The translations under genes were made by a program, and so were the position numbers. The notes under the pieces were generated by a model. The model saw nothing but the letters and a program-made list of their open reading frames with translations, did no database searches and was not told the origin of the DNA. DNA of 64,000 nt from Macrostomum hystrix (taxonomy: Eukaryota > Animalia > Platyhelminthes): the NCBI GenBank assembly GCA_950097015.1, contig CATNEN010000039.1, positions 12,710,001-12,774,000 of the forward strand. Reading direction: 5' to 3'. Position 1 is the stretch's first letter; every line of letters starts with the position of its first letter. Positions 58,737 through 64,000 of this stretch are shown here, piece after piece.

Positions 58737-61700
58737 CTAGGTGCTAGCTATACAGATATAGCTTCATCTTCAGGTTCAGTGCCTGCAGATGCCATGCCTG
58801 TGGCTGCTACTGCTAGAACTGCTGGAACTAGGCCTGGAGCTGGAGCTAGCAGTTTGCACCCAGCTTGGTCATTCCTAGCACCGCCTTTCCTAGCACCAAG
58901 ACCTTTGACTGCTGCTGCTTCATCTGCTTCTACCAATGCCAAACGAATGTCATCATCAGGTCAAGGAGGCACATCTGCTAAGAGACCTAAGGCAATGCGA
59001 GTGGCTATGAAGGACTCTCACTTCTGTCTTACGTGCCTATGTGCTGGACGAAAACTCCACAACTGTCAGCTGATCCGTGGCAACAAGTCCACATGTGACA
59101 GACATATTCGGAATCAGCACAGTGGTCAGCGGGGCATTAGACTCGGGCCTGCAGAATTCGGTCGGCCTGATCAGATGGCAGTCAAGCAGCTGCTAGCTGG
59201 ACGTGTAAACGCCGATGCAGATGGCAGTAGTTCATCAGACTGATCAGAGGTGGACAATGACAATGATGACAACGGTGAGCAGGAGGTCGAGCCTGGCGAG
59301 CAGCAGCAGCATCTGCCCAATGTGCTGCCACTGCAGCAGTCCGAGGCTATGGCTTCGGGCCACGATGTTGGTGCCGTCAATCTGTCTGAACCTCAAGCTG
59401 AAGTGCTGCAAGCCGAGGCTGCGGACTCTGATGTTATCGTCGCTCCATCTGCTACTACCAGTGCGCCACAGCAGCAAGCCCATCTACATCAGCTACGATT
59501 GCAATTTGTAGGTTGCGAAGATCTCAATAGCAAGATCGACGAGCTGCAGAGGCAGATGCAGGCACAGAGTTTAGTGAAAGTGACGAGCCTGCTGGAAAAT
59601 CTGTCGCTTAGTGCCGGCGGCGCTGCAAATCGTGATTCCCAGCTGTCTGCAGTTTCTGAAGAATTGGGCGACAGGACTGTACATACAGCGAGAAGCTTCA
59701 CTGAGCTGCTGCAGTTTGAGCTCCTCGCTTTGGCTGCCTGTGAAAATGGTGTTGACTCGGTGTTCCACTGCGTGCCCTGCTTCCAATTTCTATCCGAAGC
59801 GAGGCCCATGTCCCGGTCCTTCACTGTACACCAGGCTCAGCAATTTCTGTAAGTGAACAAATCATTCAGCATGATTCACGAGATGAGTACTAACTCTATA
59901 TATCTGTTGAAATGCATGCTTTTCGTGGTACTTAATGCACTGTGCATTTTATCTCTTTTCCCTCTCACAGGAACCCTGGCGCCAGCAATGGCACCATTGC
60001 CAGTGGTCTCGTGCTGACAGCAGAGCGGGTGTCGGCCCTCCTGAACGATAACAACGAGTTCGCAAAGTTTCGTAACCTGGTGGCGCTACACTTCTCTACC
60101 GGGAAGTACCACAAGAAGGCACTAAAGGCTTTCCAGAGTCACAAGGCACTGGAGACGAAGCAAGGGAAGATAGTGCGAACCCTGCTGCGCTGCGCTGATA
60201 CGACAATCGAGATGGCGGCTGCTGGGTCGCACTATGAGACCCTCATCAGTCTTCTGGCCGCTTCTGATTGTGCTATTGGGCAGATCGGACATGGCTTGTA
60301 AGTTTTTCGCCTGTCAGATTGTCACCTAGGCAGATTGTCGCATTCTCTGCCTTTCTACAAAAATTCGTTTTGCAGTGATTTCTGTAAGGAACTTTGGCAG
60401 CTGCTGGACGCATGCGTCAATGACGAAACTGCAGAGTTTCTTCAGCGCCCTCTGCCATCCACGGGGCATCCACCACTCCTGACGATAACATGCGATAAAA
60501 GTACTCCATCTCGCACGACGAACCAAGCCGTCCTGCTCCTCGCGCGATGCGATACCGGCCCGGCGGTGGCGATTCCTGCCGGTGCGCCAGCTGTATATGA
60601 CGCTGACATGGAAGCTGACGGTGACGCCTTGGCTAGGCGAGTCATGGAGACTGTAAAGGTGAGCTATTATTTTGAATGTGGAAAATGGCGTTGTTTTGAA
60701 ATTAACAATCTCTCATGTCAAATCCTCGACTGTTTACGAAAGTTAATCCCCAATGTAATTTTTTCCACTGCGACTTCTTGCTATTAATTAGGTGCTGCGG
60801 CCACCCAAAGAAAACATCGTCGGTGTCGTCGCTGACGGACAGTATCAAGCGGCAACGTTCTGCAATGCGATCCGGGTTGAGCTTAGCGCACTGGGCAACA
60901 ACGGCAAGAAACTGCCCGTGACGTGGGACGCGGCCCACTACTTGAATCTGGCCGTCACAGACGTTCGAGACGGCACAGATGGCGAAGTCCTCCGGCGCTT
61001 CATCAAGCGAGCCAACCTGTTCGGCAGCTTGTTCAGTCGGGGACGCTGGCATGCGGCGCTTGAAGCTGCATCGGACGGTGCTGCTCGAGCCGTATCGCAC
61101 TTTGCGTCCCAGCGCTTTACGAGTTCTGCAGTCAAGTGTGCACTCTTTTTTGTTTGAAATAGCGATATAGACGTGTGCAAATAGACCTGTAAAAATAGTA
61201 ATAATTATCTTTCTCCTGATACCATTCTGTCCTTTCATAACTCACAGACAGTGGCATGCCAACGAAGAGGCATATTACGAGCTGCACACTGCATTCCCCG
61301 AAGAAAATCCGTGCTGCTCGGATGATGAGGAGCTGCAGTATGCAACTTTGCTCTGCACCGAGGTGGCACAGGTGATTGCGCACATTTTCCGTACTACTGA
61401 TCTTTTTGGTTTTGACTCACTGACGGACTCAATGTTGCCGTATTCCCAATCCTGCAGAAGCCATCATTGAGTCGTTTTACGCGACAATGAGGTCGCAACA
61501 GAAAATCGGTGGGCAGAACAATGACACCCTCCAGATGCGCACGAAGCTGCGCTGGATGTTGCCACTGATCGGAACAGCATCCAGTGAGTGGCTGCTGGAC
61601 CGAGCTACGAAGCTCTTCTATGCTGGAGATGCCAACCGTGGACTGCGGCAGCATTGTGGGCCGCTGTTTTTCGACCCTAGAGGTTGAGGTGCTGACAAGT

Positions 61701-61790
61701 ACGACGTCAGCAAAGTTATTGACCGGCGCCGCACTCAGGACTCGCAATGTCCGTTCATCGGTGTCCATTCAGTGTCCTAATAAGCTGATA
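58737..61790 (+). mobile_element. Multi-exon hAT-like DNA transposase (likely decayed), nested in the Gypsy element
   Basis: BED-like CxxC..HxxxxH finger (HFCLTC...RHIRNQH), second finger (FHCVPC...HFSTGKYH), DDE-like LTITCDKST, VVADGQY, WDAAHYLNLA, C-terminal AEAIIESFY; in-frame TGA at 59241-59243. Confidence 0.6.
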
Positions 61791-63040
61791 AACAATTAAC
61801 TAATTGGCGTGCATGGGTGCATTACAGTATATTTGAATGCATTACGGTATATTTGGCGTACATATGGTTACATTTGGCATACATAGGTAGCCCTGCCCAA
61901 ATTTCATTCCGGCGTACACATGCCACCTTCCTGACTATGGCCTGTTGGAACAGAAGTGTTCGTCAAGCTGCCGGCCGTCAGGTGTACAGATGAGTGGCCA
62001 ATGGGTCACATGACAGCTTAGAGACAAGGGGCTACAGTGGAGGTCGATGGACTTCCCCGTCAAATTACTGATGTCTGGCTGGCCCTAGGCTTGCAACTAT
62101 AGCTGCCTAGAGTAGAACAAGCTGCCTTGAGTTGAGCCGAATGGCAAACCCCGGCAATCAAGTTGAGAGAGGCCAGCACCAGTCCACTACAAAGCTTAAT
62201 CTCTTTTGATCTTGAGATAAGGGAGAAATGTTGTACATGTACTTTAACTATCTTTGTTGTTAGTTAACTGTTGCCGCTGCTTAAGCAGCCAGACTGTTCT
62301 GACCAATGCCGCTGCTTAAGTAGCCATAGACTGTTCTGTACCCCACTTAACAAGTGTGCGAGGCCCAGCCCCTTACAAATATATGCACCTTCTTGTGTTC
62401 CCTTCTGCATCTAGCTTTAATGACTTAGCTAGAATTATGTAATTTTTAATTTATATATGATAACATTGATATTCATCAGCATACATTAAAACAGGAGGTC
62501 ATTTTTTCTGGAGTACATGCTGAGTCTTCGAGTCTTTGACACATCGATATGAAGTTATTTTCTGAGAAAGTGGTGTTATTGATAAATTTTTTCACAATAT
62601 ACGCACTTAGCTCCGGAACTTTCAGAAAAATCCTAGCATTATAATAAATTATAATTAATAAGACATTTACATTACACTTCCATGCAAAGCTTGATGACAT
62701 AATTAGTTATTCCAATTTATATATTATACATATTGGCAGACGAAACGACTATATCGTGTATTGGTAGACGAAAAGGCGGCAGACGAAATGACCATCAACC
62801 AACAGGCACGAGGCACTAAAACCCCATAAAAAATTGCGGCAATCCTACACTTCCATTCGGTAAATTATTTTCACATTTGAATTCGTACCACCGAGTCAAA
62901 TGACGTCGATTGGCAATGTGTCTATGGCCAAAAGTTTGAGCGAACAGAGTTTAAAGGGGTGTCAGTTTAAGGGAGCTGTTGCTTATGAGCTGCTTGTTTT
63001 ATTGAGCTTCAATTTCTCATATCTTTCTGTCTTCATTGCC

Positions 63041-63988
63041 ATGGCTGGGCGACCTGCAGCACCCGGGTTCATCATCCCGTTAAATGAGGTTCGAAACACC
63101 GCCGAGCTACTCAATCTCAACATGTCGCTACAGGATCTGCACATCGTCACCCAGGACACGCTGTCTGCAATGCAGTGATTGGCGAAGTACCATCTGCTTG
63201 GCAACACTCGCAACTGTCCATGTGGAACAAACATGAGGCTGCAGCAGCGCCAGGGAGAATGCTACATCGACGGATACACATGGGACTGTCGAGCGTACCA
63301 TGCCTAAGTGAACATCCGCAAGGGCTCCTTCTTCGAGGGTTTGCACTTGAAGTTGGTCCAGATTGTCGACCTGACGTACTGGTGGTCCCTGGAGACTAAG
63401 TTGGCAGAGGCAATGAGCCAGTGTGGCATTGGCAGTTGGAGTACAATCGTGGACTGGCACCAGTTCCTGAGGGATATATGCCAATAATTCCTCATCGACC
63501 ACCCGCTCAAACTCGGCGGCCCTGGCAAGGAGGTGGAGATTGACGAGTCGAAGTTTATACATCGTAAGTACCATCAGGGGGCCTGGCGCAAGGGCCACTG
63601 GGTCCTAGGTATAGTCGAGCGTGGCTCCAACAAGTGCATGATGATAGTCGTTCCGGATCGCTCTGCCGCCACCTTAGTACCAATCATCCAACGGTTTGTA
63701 CTACCGGGTACGTGCATTATCACCGATGGATGGTTGGCGTACACTGGTCTACCCAACCACGTCTCGGTGAACCATCGGCTACACTTTGTAGATCCAGCGG
63801 ACCCAACAGTCCACACCAACACCGTGGAGGGCAAATGGGCCCACGCGAAGCGCAAGATCCGCAACATGCATGGCACGAGCGATGCTCTCTTCGACGCACA
63901 CATTGAGGAATTTCTCTGGCGTCGTCTGTATCCCCAATGTCCATTTGGGGCTATCCTGTACTGGATTGGACATTACTATCCATTGTAG
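63041..63988 (+). mobile_element. Merlin (IS1595/ISXO2-like) transposase pseudogene
   Basis: VEIDESKF, WVLGIVERG, IITDGWLAY, VNH, HTNTVEGKW motifs; stops and frameshift in the N-terminal part. Confidence 0.88.
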
Positions 63989-64000
63989 ATACCTTAATGA

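Larger units (their letters stand above)
56835..62433 (+). mobile_element. Decayed Gypsy-type LTR retrotransposon
   Basis: Diverged LTRs 56835-57004 and 62229-62433, ATTAT TSD on both sides, PPT AAGGGGAGAAA before the 3' LTR. Gag with CCHC (57035-57706), protease remnant (LLLGMDAI), pol remnants at 58170-58260 and 61950-62090. Confidence 0.85.

Overview
Eukaryotic (flatworm-type, Macrostomum-like) genomic DNA. Bases 1-44391 are a head-to-tail array of a 926-927 bp unit. Each unit carries a 5S rRNA gene and, on the same strand, a spliced-leader (SL) RNA gene: a 47-nt leader ending in ATG, a GTAAG donor, an Sm site and flanking hairpins. There are 32 complete 5S copies plus 2 partial ones, and 33 SL loci. 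Two SL genes are interrupted at the same nucleotide of the leader by two apparently identical, full-length ~6.87 kb non-LTR retrotransposons with different target-site duplications. The element is APE/RT type (Jockey/I-group-like), has a (TAC)n tail, and its ORF1 fuses an intact AlkB-type 2OG-Fe(II) dioxygenase to a CCHC gag. This SL-targeting, AlkB-carrying LINE is the main finding. To the right is a tightly packed minus-strand, operon-like cluster: a degenerate alanine aminotransferase-like gene, a TRMT10C/MRPP1-like gene, a TMEM242-like gene and an SDR16C-like dehydrogenase. Two of these lack an in-frame ATG but start at in-frame splice acceptors, so the SL's ATG may supply their start codon. 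The rest is minisatellites, SINE/MITE and LINE fragments, a decayed Gypsy element with a nested hAT-like transposase, and a Merlin transposase. The short repeated ORFs in the array are not genes.
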